From assembly GCA_951406725.2 (NCBI GenBank), contig OX597814.1:220286001-220350000 (forward strand): DNA of 64,000 nt, written 5' to 3'. Made by a program: the position numbers and the translations under genes. Below are positions 14,100 through 28,414 of this stretch, piece by piece. The notes beneath the pieces are model-generated. The model did no database searches and was not told where the DNA came from. It worked only from the letters and a program-made list of their open reading frames with translations. The first letter of the stretch is position 1; each line of letters begins with the position of its first letter. This DNA is from Octopus vulgaris (Eukaryota).

Positions 14100-16114
14100 G
14101 ATTCCAGAATTCTGCCAGAAATTTGGAAACAAATTGGGTCATGGTGCTGTTTTTCTCACTGACGGTGCTCAACCGACCCTGCTATATTGTGTAGTCAACA
14201 AAAACAATGCACATGTGCAAAATTAAAATTATAAAATGGCAACAATTTACTCATTCCACCTTTTCTTGCCATCACTGCTCACCCTGCCACCACCCACACT
14301 CCCTCCCTATTTTTCTAACCAGGTTCTATGTTTATATCCTTGTTACTTGTCAGTATAACCTAGCACTACACCACCTCTCTTCTGCTCTCCCTTACACTTT
14401 TGCTATTTCCTACTCTCTCTCTCTCTTTCCCTTTGGTCACTCTTCTCTCTCCTTCTCTTGTTTTTCCTCTGACTAGGTAACCAAGCATCACCTTTACAGC
14501 AGCACACTTGTTTCTGGTCTCTTTCTGTACCTCTCTCTCACTCACTGGGTAACCATGTATTTTCTCTATAGCAAGACACCTACTTCTGCCTCTCTATTTC
14601 TCTGCTACACTCTAACCTTTCATCATCTGATACTGGATCCCCTCCTCTAGTGCTCCCTCTGTTGTGGCAAGACACCTGCTTCTGTCTCTCTGTCACTTTC
14701 TAACTTTCAACCTCTGACACAAATGTTCTTTCCCTGCTCATAATTCCTTGTCTTGTGAGTTACTTGGTTATCTTGCCAGTGCTGGTACCATTTTAAAAGT
14801 ATCTAGTCCACACTGTAACGTGGTTGGCATCTGGAATGGCATCCAGCTGTAAAGATCTTGTCAAAACTTTGCTTGTGCTAGTGCTGCATAAAAAGCACGG
14901 AATTTGCTCTGTGAAATGGGTGATGTTAGGAAGGGCATCCAGCCAAAAATCCCTGCCAAAACAGACACAGTAGCCTTGGGTAGATTTCTGATATGTCCCG
15001 CATTATGATGAAATATCTTGTCATCCCCATGACTGGCCTCTACGGCATACCTCGCCAACTGACACTGCTTGCTGTGTATGTCCACTATCTATCCGTAGTA
15101 GAACAGCCCACTTCTCACTTGGGGGTGTCCACCACAACACCTCCCCACTTTGAGATGAAATGTAAAGCTGTTCTCACTACAATCTGAACTCAAGTTCACA
15201 TCCTAACCACAGGGTTTTGGATTTAGTATCAAAATGTGGTACCTTGGGCAAGTGTTTTCTCCATTAGTCCTGGGCCGATGAAAGCCTTGTGATTGGATTT
15301 GGTAGTTGGAAACTATATGAAGCCCTTCATTGTAAACAAGCATCACCATCACACACATGATGCCCTTAATTTTCAATCTTCTGTAAAAACATGTTTGGCC
15401 TTGGGAAAATATTACCATGCTCAGAAACAGGTCAGGGTTGGCAACAGGAAGGCATCCAGCCATGGAAAGTATGCCTCAACAAAGTCAATCTGATCCATGC
15501 AAGCATGGAAAAATAGCCTTTGAAATGATGATAATGATGACTATGAATGCAAAAAATCTGGAACAAATGTTGTTAGGCATTCTGTTTGCAGTTCTAATGA
15601 TTCTGCTAAACCACCACCCATACTATAATAATAACAATAACTATATCCCAAGCAGAAAAGAAGTAATTTCCATCAAGAAGGTATAAGAAAATATACTTAA
15701 GTTTTTTGTTCAGTAACATACAGGAATACATACAAGCAATGATATAACAACTTTTGACTGAAGTAGTTTAAAAACCATTTTATCCAATTTTATCTGTGAA
15801 TTCATTCAGTTTTGGCTCTAAGGTAGCTAGTATTTAAATTTAAAAAAAAGCATCTTTCTGAACAATAGAGTAATTGAATAAAAAAACATCTTTCTGAACA
15901 ATGGGGTTTGGTATCCAGTTAAATTATGAATTATAAGTAGCTCTAATAATGCAAATGTTATCGAATTTGTAAAAATTATAAACAAATAAACAAAGCAAAA
16001 ATAAAAAGCAAAAAAAAAAAAAAAAAAACATAGAACATGTTTATAACTATAACATGCATAAAAAAAATGGCTTCCCCACCACTGAAAAACAAAAATAGTC
16101 ATGTATAAGAATAC

Positions 16115-16256
16115 CTGTTAGAGGATGTAATTTCTTCAGCATTTAAGTACCACTGAATGCGAGGTTTTGGTGTTCCAAAGGCAGTGCAGTGCAGTTGCAC
16201 ATTGCTACCATAATCTGGTCTAGATTTGACTTCATCAGCTTCAATGAATGGAGGCA
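16115..16256 (-). CDS. sdk: Sidekick-like exon, N-terminal half of Ig4
   Basis: ctcttccag|TG...AACAG|gtatt, 142 nt, phase 1/2. Translates (V)PPFIEADEVKSRPDYGSNVQLHCTAFGTPKPRIQWYLNAEEITSSN(S) with the CxAxGxPxPxIxW motif. Confidence 0.92.
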
Positions 16257-16280
16257 CTGGAAGAGAGAAAGAAATAGATA

Positions 16281-16325
<45 letters not shown>

Positions 16326-17076
16326 CATGTGTTTTTATTGGCTAAACTGGCAACATGACCATTCCTAAATACAACATATATATATATATGTACATATATT
16401 ATTAAATAATAAAATGAATGGTTTATACCTGGTAACTTACTCATAAAGCACAATCACTTTTACAGTGTTCATTGTGTATTTGGTTAATGAGAGACTAATA
16501 AAAATTCTCATATCTTCCATCTCTCATTAACCATATATATATGTGTGTGTGTGTGTGTGTGTATCTACAGAGAGAGAGAGGCAAAACAATATTTAACACA
16601 GTAATTTTGGCTGTCAGATCAAAACTTTTTGCCCTTTTAATAAACCTTTGATTAGACAAAGAGAACTTACTTTCTTCTGAATGACAAAGATACATAAAAC
16701 CTGTAACTATTCCCAAATTTTATAATTTTAAACAGATGAGAACTTATTTCTGGATAGAAGGATGAGCTAGTGGATGTAAATTTTTCAGCTGAAGGATTCA
16801 CCTAGCACTGCAAACCAATATATTTCTTATTAATTCCAAAGTACTCATGATGCGATTCGAACCTGTTGGATAACCAGCCTCTGGATGGTTATCTAGTACT
16901 CTATATACTTGACCAAAATGACAAACCAACAGAACCATCAGTACGATGGATAGAATGGAATGAGATGATTAAGGCGTGGCTGTTTGAACACTGGTGATTC
17001 GGTATGGCTGACTGGACACTGAACCTGTTTTGACTTTTTAGTATTGGAGACACACACACACACACACACACATATT

Positions 17077-17290
17077 CTCTCTTTACTTACTTGTTTCAGT
17101 CATTTGACTGCGGCCATGCTGGAGCACCGCCTTTAGTCGAGTAAATCGACCCCGGGACTTATTCTTTGTAAGCCCAGTACTTATTCTATCGGTCACTTTT
17201 GCCGAACCGCTAAGTGACGGGGACGTAAACACACCAGCATCGGTTGTCAAGCAATGCTAGGGGGACAAACACAGACACACAAACACACAT

Positions 17291-17345
<55 letters not shown>

Positions 17346-17516
17346 CATATATACGACAGGCTTCTTTCAGTTTCCGTCTACCAAATCCACTCACAAGGCT
17401 TTGGTCGGCCCGGGGCTATAGCCGAAGACATTTGCCCAAGATGCCACACAGTGGGACTGAACCCGGAACCATGTGGTTGGTTAGCAAGCTACTTACCACA
17501 CAGCCACTCCTGCGCC
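17077..17516 (-). mobile_element. SINE family A, full length
   Basis: Reverse complement of family A consensus. Confidence 0.9.
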
Positions 17517-17844
17517 TATGCACAGAAACATATATAAAGAAGGGGAGAGCAGGGGAGGGACATTATAATTTACTAATAAAACATGACTGATATAAACACT
17601 TGCCCTCTTCTCATACACATAAAGAGAAATATGCTCAGAGAGAGAGAGAGGGAGAGGGAGAGGAAGAGAGAGTAAAAGAAACATTCAAATGTGCAATGTC
17701 AAATAAGTCAGCATTAACTCAGCGACATCAAATAAGTGGTGCCAAAATGGCTGAGTCAAAATGTCTCTGTCTCCTGATCTGGACAGAACGTCACATGTTA
17801 TTTGTTCTGAAGTTCAACTGTGACTTCCATCTTGTTTTTTTTTG

Positions 17845-17896
17845 GGGTGGGGTGGGGTGGGGGTGGGGTGGGGGTGGGGTGGGGTGGGGGTGGGGG
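17845..17896 (+). repeat. (GGGGT)n G-tract, potential G-quadruplex
   Basis: About ten runs of 4-5 G separated by single T. Confidence 0.85.
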
Positions 17897-18747
17897 TCGA
17901 TAAAGACATACAGATCCAAGGACAGTAGATTGGAAGCACCCCTTGTAGTCCAGCAACATTGCTTGTGATGACAGTAGTGCTAAGCTGTATTGACCTAAGT
18001 CAGGAGCCTTTCTCTTTCTTGGACAAACATTGTCGGTGTGGAGGGGTGGTGACGTCCATGTTTGGACAATTGCCCATTGACAAAAACAAAAAAAAAATGT
18101 TGCTCTGTCTTGTACGTACATGTGCAAATGCATGGACAACCTTGACGAAAGGAGAACCCATCTACCTTATGAATTTAGTGTATATTACACTTTCTGATTA
18201 AAAAAAATTGATAGACTTGGGCATCAGTGTCAAGTTACTAAGTTTGTTTTACAACTATATGGTTCTGGTTTCAATCCTATAGTGTGGTATATTGAGCAAG
18301 TTTTTTTTTCTACCTGGGTAGATCAATGCTTTGTGAATGAAATATGATGGAAAGATGCACTGCATATAAGCCCATTGTATGTGTGTGTGTGTGTGTGTGT
18401 TTGCGTGTAAGAATTTGAGTGTTTTTGCATTCCTTTACATCAAAAAGTAACTTCACCATTCAATAAATACAGACTGCTAACACAGCTCCAGACTGAACTA
18501 AATCCTGGAGGTTGATGTGACTGACTACAACCCCTGAAGGCTGCAGTTCAGTGACTGAAAACAGTAAAGGCATAAAAGACTACATATATAATTAAAAAAG
18601 AATGAGTCATGTCTTTTATATTTCACAAATACTATGTCGACCAATTGGCAAGATGGCAGAGGTAAAAACAGCTGAGTGATTAAACAAACCCTTAGACTGT
18701 GTGTTCGATTCTACATTATTTTATATTATTAGATGTATATTTATATC

Positions 18748-19006
18748 ACGTGACAACGTGACCGACCAGACCATCAGATGTTTTTACACATCGCTGGTCA
18801 CAATGCGTTCGCATTGTTTTAGCCTTTGAATGACGCCACCCTGTGGTGAAAGAGTACAGCAGGGATCACCACCCCCTGCTGGAGCATCGTGGAGCTTTTA
18901 GGTGTTTTTGCTCAATAAACACTCACAGCGCCCGGTTTGGGAATCGAAACCGCGATCCTACGACCGCGAGTCTGCTGCCCTAACCACTGGGCCATTGCGC
19001 CTCCAC
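18748..19006 (-). mobile_element. SINE family C head (18843-19006) joined to a different 3' module (18748-18842)
   Basis: Head matches 9433-9597. The 3' module matches 38608-38725. Confidence 0.75.
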
Positions 19007-20087
19007 GTATGTTCATATATCATTAGATATTATATTTCTATATATTACTTATTGGAATTAGTATCTGGATTATCTGGAGAAAGGTTATCAATACCAGACA
19101 AGAATTGAATTTAATGGAAAATTTCTCTCTTCTAAACTTAATGCTACATAGCTGGAGATAAGTACTAGCCTCAAGAAGCCAAATGTTTCCAGAAATTTTT
19201 AAATGACTTTTTAAACAATACAGTTAATATGGAAATAAAGATCATTGAGGTAGTTAAGTGAGCAAGATAGACAGCTTCGCATGAGTATACAAATGGTTGG
19301 GTATTTTATTTTGCAATCGTATGGTTCTCGGTTTAATCATACTGCACAGCACTTTAAGTAAGAATCTACTATCATATCCTTGGGTTACCTGAATACTTGC
19401 AAGTGAAATGGTGTAGACTGAAACTATATAGAAGGAAGCCTGTCACGTGTACAGTACCTATTTTTAGACAGCAGATTTAACCCACTGCTCAGCTTAACAC
19501 CACCATCTGGCTATTGAATGCTATTAGGAAACCCACTCTGCTGCCATCTTCCAGTCTAAAGATAACCCCTGTAATATGGTTTCTGCCTCCGTTTTCACTC
19601 CATCAATCATGGATATCCTGCACAAGGTTGGGGTGCTACTTTTCTTACTTTGACTAAATCATAAAAAAAAGAAAAGAAAAGAAATCCATCTTCAAACATT
19701 ACCTTGCTATTTGTGGTATATGCTGCAGCATGGTGGTAATTTTCAATGAGAGCTTTGTAAGTGACATGGTTCGAATTCCAAGTTGGAACCCTTTTGATTG
19801 CATTGTTAATGTCAGTGCAGATACAGAGTCATCATGGCAACACATTTCACTAATTTTATAAATCTGAAAAGTTATGTCTCATACTCTTTAACTGATTTGA
19901 ATCACTGGAGGGCAGGTGGGCTGGGGTACTGCCTTTAGTTGATTACATTGACTACTGTACTTAGTTTGGTACTTGTTTATCAATCTCAGATGAAAAGGAC
20001 AAATGGCGAAGTTGGTCTGGAATAATGGACATAACAGAATGGCTTTAAATGCAATCAGGTACTTTTGTTGGATGCTCATCCTATGCC

Positions 20088-20121
<34 letters not shown>

Positions 20122-22039
20122 CATGCATGCATATACATCTCACTGGTTTCTACTCAATTCTGTTAACCAAATTTCATTAGCAAGGCCTTAGTAACCCAAG
20201 TATAAGGAGCCATGCAGAGTGGAATTGGGTTCAGCACTATGTGGTTGTAGAGAAGGGAACTTCACGACAACACACCCATGCCTGTGCTCTTCAAAGAAAT
20301 TGTAAAAATAAATTTCATCTCACAGAATTCCCTTAGAGTAGTATATTTAGACAACAGGAAAAGCAAAAGAAAAGAAAAAAAAAAAGGGATTTCAGAGGGA
20401 TTGAAGAGGGATTGAAGATCTAGAAGAGGAGGGAGACTAGATAATGTGTGAGTGGGTGGGTACAATATGGGTGATGAAAGAAGGTGAAATGAGTGATTTC
20501 GAAGGACTTAGGAGAAGGCATGAAAGCAGCCAGTCAGCCATATCTAATGAACAGAGGCTACTGTAGTCGTGATAGAGGAGATAGAATAAGGAAACGGTAC
20601 ATGTGTGGGCCAGAGATTAGGGTATGTCAGGGAGCTACTTCATATCGATCATTCAAATAGCCTTTATTTGGATGCAGTCTAGGAAGCCCAACTAATGAAA
20701 AATACACAACTGTAAGAAAAGAAAAGCTTGTTGAAAAGAGCAGAGCTTAACAATTACAAAAGAATTTGTGTTCTTAATCACACAGCTAATATATTATTAT
20801 TACATTAAAACTACTGTTGCCTCTATGCTTCTTAGATAGATATTAAAATATGTATTATATACTTTAAACAAGCTTTTAGTTAACTACTGTTGAGTATTGT
20901 ATATTTTCTCGGCAAACTGTAATTTTCAAAAGAATTTCTTACAACAATCATTATTTAACATTCATTAAAATATTAAAAAAATAACATATTGCTTTGTGGG
21001 ATATAAAAAAAAACTATTCAATTTTTTAAGCAAAGCCTTTCACCAATCATATTAACATATTTCCAGTTTTACTAATTTCTGAATTGTCTTTTGATGATTA
21101 TGGTCACCATTGGTCCTTATATTATACTAATTACATTTAATTATTTTATATTTGCTGATTGAATAAGGTGTAATGACACGTTTTTATATTTGAACTTTTT
21201 TCACCTGTTGTGAAGCCAAAGTTTCTTATTGATAACAAAAACATGCTTGAGAGTTTCATACCATATATTCCTTCACTATTACTCACCCCTTAACATCACA
21301 GTCCACATTAAACAAGCAAATTCTTTACATCAATCTCAACAAGACCATGAAAATTCCATCAGCAAATAGATTAACTTAACGATGGATTATTCCATTTGTT
21401 ATACCAATTATATATTAATCATAATATCTTAAAGACCAGTGTTGATTGCTTTACAGACAGTCACATTAGAGAAGAGCTAAGTTGCTTGCATTTCACATTT
21501 TATACTCTGCACAGTGAGTAAAATACGGGCCTGCTGTTACGACTATTATAAATACAAACTATTTTATTGCTTATATTAAACAAGGATCGTTAATTAGCTT
21601 TCTTTGACAGACATCAATCACATCATGGGGATTATCAAGCCGTAAACAAATATATCTTTTTCGAGGAACTTTATGAGTTAGTTTTGGAACCCTTTCGGAA
21701 TCAGTTGGAAGTCACTAGCAGATAATAAGTAATGTTGTATGTGTATTAATATTCATTAGAGCTACTTTATTGCAATGCAACCATCACAAACGGTTACATA
21801 CAGAAGGTGAGAACTTTGGACAGAGTTAACCAATGCATCGAGTTGTTTTATTTTGTGATGCCAACTTTACTGTCAGGCTAACACCAAAGTAAATGCTATT
21901 TGGCTGAGCTCCCTTTCTGCTCATTAACGGTAGCAAGAAAGTGTGATATTGGTTTTATAATTATCATCTTATTTGCTGAAGTTGATAGTTATACACTAAT
22001 ATTGATGATCCTGATACAATGCAAACCAGTAAAGTCATT

Positions 22040-24610
22040 GACTTACCCCTTTAAAATTAAGCACACCATGGTGGATGAACAACCAGTTCACACTCCTAGC
22101 TCTCTGCCTCTACCTAGAAGTTTAGTATTTACACATGTAGTTGCAGTTGGTTTAAAAGTATCTCCTTGTTGGCTGAACAATCCCATTTTATGGTTTGCTC
22201 AAACAGAAGTACAATTTATCAACTGGAATATCATTTAACAAGACACCAAGTTTGCATATGTGTTTGGTTCACTGCAGATTGTCAGAGGCCAAGAAGTCAA
22301 TTCTCCTCCCCATAAGAATTGCTACAATGAGTTGAAAATAGAATTATCAAATGCATTTCTGCATCAGAAAAGAAATGATTCCATCAACTATTGATTAGAG
22401 AAAAGTTGGTTGATCACAGGCCATTACAGTTACTGCATAAGATGAAACAATTGTTGAGAGAAAGTACAATGAACAATAATATTTTGAAACAATTGTTTCT
22501 TCAAAGAATCCCAACAAATATGTAACTCATCCTAACTTCCACTTCAGAAGAGATTATTTCTATTGAGCATCTTACTGATATCTCTGTAAAGATCTAGGAA
22601 GTGTCTAGGAAGTTGTTTGGTAGGAGAGGTCTCTTCTCAACTGAATCATATTTCCACATAGTATAATACATACAGTGCTGCAACAGCAAAGATCTTCTGA
22701 AGTGAGATACTGTGTAGTTGGTCAATATCAACTGGTTGTGTGCGTACTTGCTGTAAGATATTTTCAACAGCACATGGAATGCAACGACCATAAACCACTC
22801 ATATATGTCCTGCAAACAAAGTGAAACAGACACTCCCTCAAGGAGTTGCGACACTTCAACTAATTTCAGTTTACATTAAATGCAAGAACATTATTGTGAC
22901 CAAATAGGTTTCCACAACTGGTAATATCAGCTCTGTACACTTCCCCATTCATTAATTATACACAGAGTCAGTGATAAGAAAGAAAGACAATGAGAAAATC
23001 CAGTTGACATTTAATGATACTTCTTTCCTTGGAACTAAGAAAGAGCTTCACTCGAAATAGTGATGGAAATATCTGTTGTAATACAACATACAAATCACCA
23101 GATCTATTTTTGATGGGTAGTTTATATTTTGATATTCTGCACATTCTGTCACACTCAGGAGGTTGAACTATCCAGAAACTGATTGCTTCAAGGTAAGTGT
23201 GACTAACAATTAACTAAGACATGTGGATGTAAGATTAGAACTGTGTGAAATGTTGGTATGGCAATGGTTAACCATTATGTCAAAGTCTCTGTTATTACAT
23301 TTGCTATTGCAGATTCTAGCTTCTATTACATACACATCAATTTCATTAGCCCTCGTCTCCTGAGCCTGAGGCTGTGTCCATTACAGATGTTATAGCAGAC
23401 AGCTATGAGACTTTTAATAGAAGTTTGAATCTCTTGACTCGATGTTCTTTCAACCATTGCATATGACAGAAGCAAAAAGTCTGGATAGTCACTTTCTGCT
23501 TTAAAGATCTCATCAACAGTTGAAAATGCACTCTAAACAGAAGTCAGCCTGGACTAGTAGCATGATCTTGTTTTCATAGTTTTGCCTGGTATCTGAGCAA
23601 TGTTGGGGGCTGAGTTAGATTCTACCACAGCAGTCAATATATAGGATAGGTGCAGCATGGCCACGTTGTTAAGAAGCTCACTGTACAACCAGATAATTTG
23701 GTTTCACTGCATGACCCCTCAGGCAAGTGTCTTCTGCTACAGCCTTGAGCCTACTAATGTCTTCTTTGGTAGTTGTTGGAAACACACATGCTTTCTATTA
23801 ATGTTTGTTTTTATGTTCAATTATAATAAAAACACTTTTACATTAATCTAATGGGTTATTCTATACTTTTGTATGTTACAAATTTATAATTCTAAAGAAT
23901 ATTATTATCAGTGATTTCAAAGTTTCAACCAGTTAAGCCATTGTCAGATGATGGCTCAGCTGGCCCAAACTTCAAAGTCACTGCCAACAACATTTTTGTA
24001 TAAGAATAATATATATATGTATATATATATACATACACAAACACACACACACAAACACACACATATATATAGATGTATGTATGCATGAGTGCATGTGCCT
24101 ATCTGTTTGTCTTCTGCATTGCTTGACAACTGGTATTGGTTTATGCCACTGTAACCTAGCAGCTCAACAAAAATGATCAACAGAATAAGTGCTACCAGAC
24201 TTTAAAAAAAATAAGCACTGGAGTAGATTTGTTTGACTAAATAATTTAAGACGGTGCTCCAACATGCCCACTGTCCAATAACTGAAACAAGTAAACTATA
24301 AAAGATAAAAGGGACTGCACTGAAGCTACCAATCACAACTGGTATCAATTTGACCAACTGAGATGGTACATGGTTTACATTTCTCCAGTAAACCCACATC
24401 AACAGTTGTTTCGTTAGTATCAAACGAGCCAGAAGATTGTACTCATGTTTTGTTTAAGAAGATATAATCAGGAAACCTTTGCTGCCACAATATTTAGAGC
24501 TATATGAAGCTTTTCATCAGACCCCAATATTTTGTAATTTCCACTAAAATCAACATCTTACTATTAGTACTGATCACCTAAAAATTACCTCTGTTACCTG
24601 AAAGCCCAGC
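22040..24610 (+). mobile_element. Highly decayed Gypsy pol remnant (RNaseH, integrase), interrupted by a SINE
   Basis: RNaseH-like SEVRY...LAVRYFQQH...DHKPLIY at ~22700-22810. Integrase zinc-finger-like FDILHILSHSGG.TIQKLIASR at ~23130-23190. GPY-like segment near 24470-24590. Confidence 0.65.
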
Positions 24611-25258
24611 TCTACTGTTTTCTCTTAGTATGAAGGACAGGTGAGAATGAGAGACACAGAACTCCTTCAACTTCTGTACAGTCTACATGATCAGAGCACC
24701 GTGAACATTAGTCAAACTTGAGGAGATTCAGCATGCAGGTGGCTGAGTACTCCACAGACGTGGATACCATATGGTAGTTCTTGAGGAGATTCAGCATGAC
24801 ACACCAAGTGTGACAAGGCTAGTCCACTGAACTGCAGGTACCACACATTTTTGCCTTTGGAGTAGACTGGGGCAATGTGAAATAAAGTGTCTTGCTCAAG
24901 GATGCAATGTACTGTCAGGAATCAAACTCATGATTGTGAGCAGAATACACTAACCATTAAGTCACTGTCTTTACTAAATAGGGGACACTAGTCCATGCAC
25001 ATCTAAAAGGTAGTATATACAGCATCTAAAAGATAGTATATACAACATCGACTACATTCGGATGGTGTTTTTTATGTGCCACTAGCACGGGGAGCCAGTC
25101 AGCCGGATCTGGCAGTGACCCACGCATGAATGAATGGTGCTTATCATTCAATATAAGTAAAGTTTTTTACTAGAGTTAGGATTGATGTGATTTTTAGACG
25201 AAACTTAGCCACACGTAAGAACAAACTTTTATACTTGAACTTCGTTTAATTTTTTTGG

Positions 25259-25623
25259 AAATTGCAGATGTGTTACCAGTGCCGGTGGCATGTAAGAGAA
25301 CTTTCCGTTTCGCGACCGTTGCCAGCACCGCCCCGTTTCGTGTCCGTTGCCAGCCTCGCCTGGCCCTCGTGCCGGTGGCACATAAAAAGCACCATCCGTT
25401 CGTGGCCGTTTGCCAGCTCTGTCTGGCACCAGTGCGGGTGGCATGTAAAAAGCACCCACTACACTCACGGAGTGGTTGGCGTTAGGAAGGGCATCCAGCC
25501 GTAGAAACACTGCCAGATTTGACTGGGCCTGGTGCAGCCTTCTGGCTTCACAGACCCCAGTAGAACCGTCCAACCCATGCTAGCATGGAAAACGGACGCT
25601 AAATGATGATGATGATGATGATG
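25259..25623 (+). mobile_element. RTE-LINE 3' UTR with internal tandem units and (GAT)n tail
   Basis: Repeated gccggtggcacataaaaagcaccatccg units followed by the common tail. CpG-rich, so probably young. Confidence 0.85.
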
Positions 25624-26684
25624 AAACTATTGCAGTTTTACAAACTTGTAAGCTTCAGACTGTTCACTCCTTTTGTTTGCCATTATACCAGAGTCCAGAT
25701 TAAACCAGTAAATTCTTTTCTCCAACAGCAACAAGATTTGCAACTATCTGCCAGTAATGGATAGACTTAGCAGTGGATTATTCTCTATATAAGCTAATTA
25801 TTTTATAGGAAAGCATATACTGACATTTTTTTTCCCTCAATTTCTTTACTGACTAGCTTTACAGATAGCCACATTAGAGAAAGTTGTCAGCATGTAGCAA
25901 ACAACTTGCTCTATGAATTCGACACTATGCAGTTTTTAGTACATGAGACTGATTTTACTTGTCCATTATAAATACAAACTATATCATTGCCTGTGTTAAC
26001 TCTCATTGACAAATGTCACATTCCCATTCTCTGGGGGATCATCAAGTCATAAGTGCACCATTTTTGTTGGAAGAATTTCACGTTATTTTTAGAATGTCTA
26101 ATGTCAGATTTACCCAGACTTTTGGATATCTGCCATGACGCGATTCACTGGTAAACGACACATAGCTCTGTACATACACATACACGCACAAATATTTATA
26201 TTAACATTCATTGAACACGTCTTTATTGCAACTTTAGCACCACAGTTACACATTATGACTGTAAGAGCTTTGAACACGATTTATCTTGTGCCACATTTTG
26301 CTTTGTGAGGCCAACACTTTACTGTTTTATCAATATTATAGTATAGTAAATGCTATTTTGCTAAGCTACCCTTCTACTAATTTAGAAGTAGTAGTATGTA
26401 TGATATTGGTTTTATGATTATGTTTTTATTTGCAAAACTTGTCTGTTACATATTATATGACTAAAATGTCATTTAGTTGATTGACTGATATTATGCTGTG
26501 ACTTGAGGCAAGTCAATCATACTGAAACTTCAGCATTTCATCATTGGTACAGAGAAGAAAAACAAAAAGTATCAAGCTGAGAGATACTGAAACAATAACT
26601 GCCTGCTTTTAACTAGTATTCTGCCAGACATAACTTACCCTCATTCATCATAGTACTAATAGTAAATATTACCTAATGCATATA

Positions 26685-26855
26685 GGTGCAGGAGTGGCTG
26701 TGTGGTAAGTAGCTTGCTAACCAACCACATGGTTCCGGGTTCAGTCCCACTGTGTGGCATCTTGGGCAAGTGTCTTCTACTATAGCCCTGAGCCGACCAA
26801 TGCCTTGTGAGTGGATTTGGTAGACGGAAACTGAAAGAAGCCTGTCATATATATG

Positions 26856-26886
<31 letters not shown>

Positions 26887-27095
26887 GTGTTTGTGTGTCT
26901 GTGTTTGTCCCCCTAGCATTGCTTGACGACCGATGCTGGTGTGTTTACGTCCCCGTCACTTAGCAGTTCGGCAAAAGAGACCCATAGAATAAGTACTGGG
27001 CTTACAAAAAGAATAAGTCCCGGGGTCGATTTGCTCGACTGAAGGCGGTGCTCCAGCATGGCCGCAGTCAAATGACTGAAACAAATAAAAGAGAA
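26685..27095 (+). mobile_element. SINE family A, full length
   Basis: Matches family A consensus. Confidence 0.9.
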
Positions 27096-27949
27096 AGAGA
27101 AAGAGAGAAAGCATAAGTCAGACAAACACATACCCCCCATCTACATCATAAAGGGAGTCGCCACATGATCATTTAATCTGTTAGAAATAGTAGACAATTC
27201 TTCCTCAAAATATAATTTAGCATTTTCAAAAGACTAAGAACTTGTTGAACACTGTAGTCCTAGATTAGTCCTAGTTTTTTTTTAGTGCTTCTTAACCTTG
27301 GAGTCACTGTGAGCTTATATGTGGGTAACAAATGTCAAGGGGGTACTATAGAGTATGATAGGTGCTTAGAAGGGTCACGAGTTTTCTTAGGAATAAAATA
27401 AAATATCTAAACCGAGTACAGTACTTTCATATTAAACTTGTTTTAAAAGTACAGCGTCAGGGAGCAGGATGATGATGACCACCACAACTGCAGCCACTAC
27501 CATCACCATCTAACATCCATGTTCCATACTTGGCAGGATCTGGTGGATCTGTGGACTGCATCATACTTGAATGTCCGCTTTGGCATGGTTACCCTGGCTT
27601 GATGCCCTTCCAGGCACCAATCAGTTTACAACATGTACAGGGTGCTCTGTTTGTAGTACCAGCACAAACGATACCACCACGTAGCTTTCAATACTAAGAT
27701 CTCCTTCAACTGAGGAGGGGCAGGACTACAGTGGAGTGGGAGGTAGCTTTATTCTCAGAGAGGATGAATTAAAGTATGAGGGAAGGGGCCAGAAGAGAAT
27801 GGCCTTTTTTTTTACTGTAGAAACCCATTCTGATATGAATAGGAAGTACACAGAGTTAACTGTGAGCAGAAATGTGGCTGATTATGAGTATATTAAACAA
27901 GTTTTCATCTCCTAAGGTAATTCCCATAGAAATCTAAAAGAGGGGCTGG

Positions 27950-28325
27950 TGGCCCTCCATCAGTCATGATGACAAGTGTTCCAGTTGATTTGATCATCAA
28001 TTGAACAGCCAGCTCATGAAATTAACATTCAAGTGGCTGAGTATTCCACAGACGTGCATACCATATGGTAGTTCTTGAGGAGATTCAGCATGCAGGTGGC
28101 TGAGTACTCCACAGACGTGCATACCATATGGTAGTTCTTGAGGAGATTCAGCATGACACACCAAATGTGACAAGGCTGGTCCACTGAACTGTAGGTACCA
28201 CACATTTTTGCCTTTGGAGTAGACTGGAGCAATGTGAAATAAAATGTCTTGCTCAAGGATGCAATGTACTGTCAGGAATCAAACTCATGATTGTGAGCAG
28301 AATACACTAACCATTAAGTCACTGC
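27950..28325 (-). mobile_element. tRNA-derived SINE family D with an internal ~62-bp tandem duplication
   Basis: Head gtgacttaatggttagtgtattctgctc...gagtttgattcctgac and body ccttgagcaagaca. Partially duplicated at 24717-24965. Confidence 0.65.
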
Positions 28326-28414
28326 TTTTACTAAATAGGGGACTCTAGTCCATGCACATCTAAAAGATAGTATATACAGCATGAAAAGATAATATATACA
28401 GCATTGACTACATT

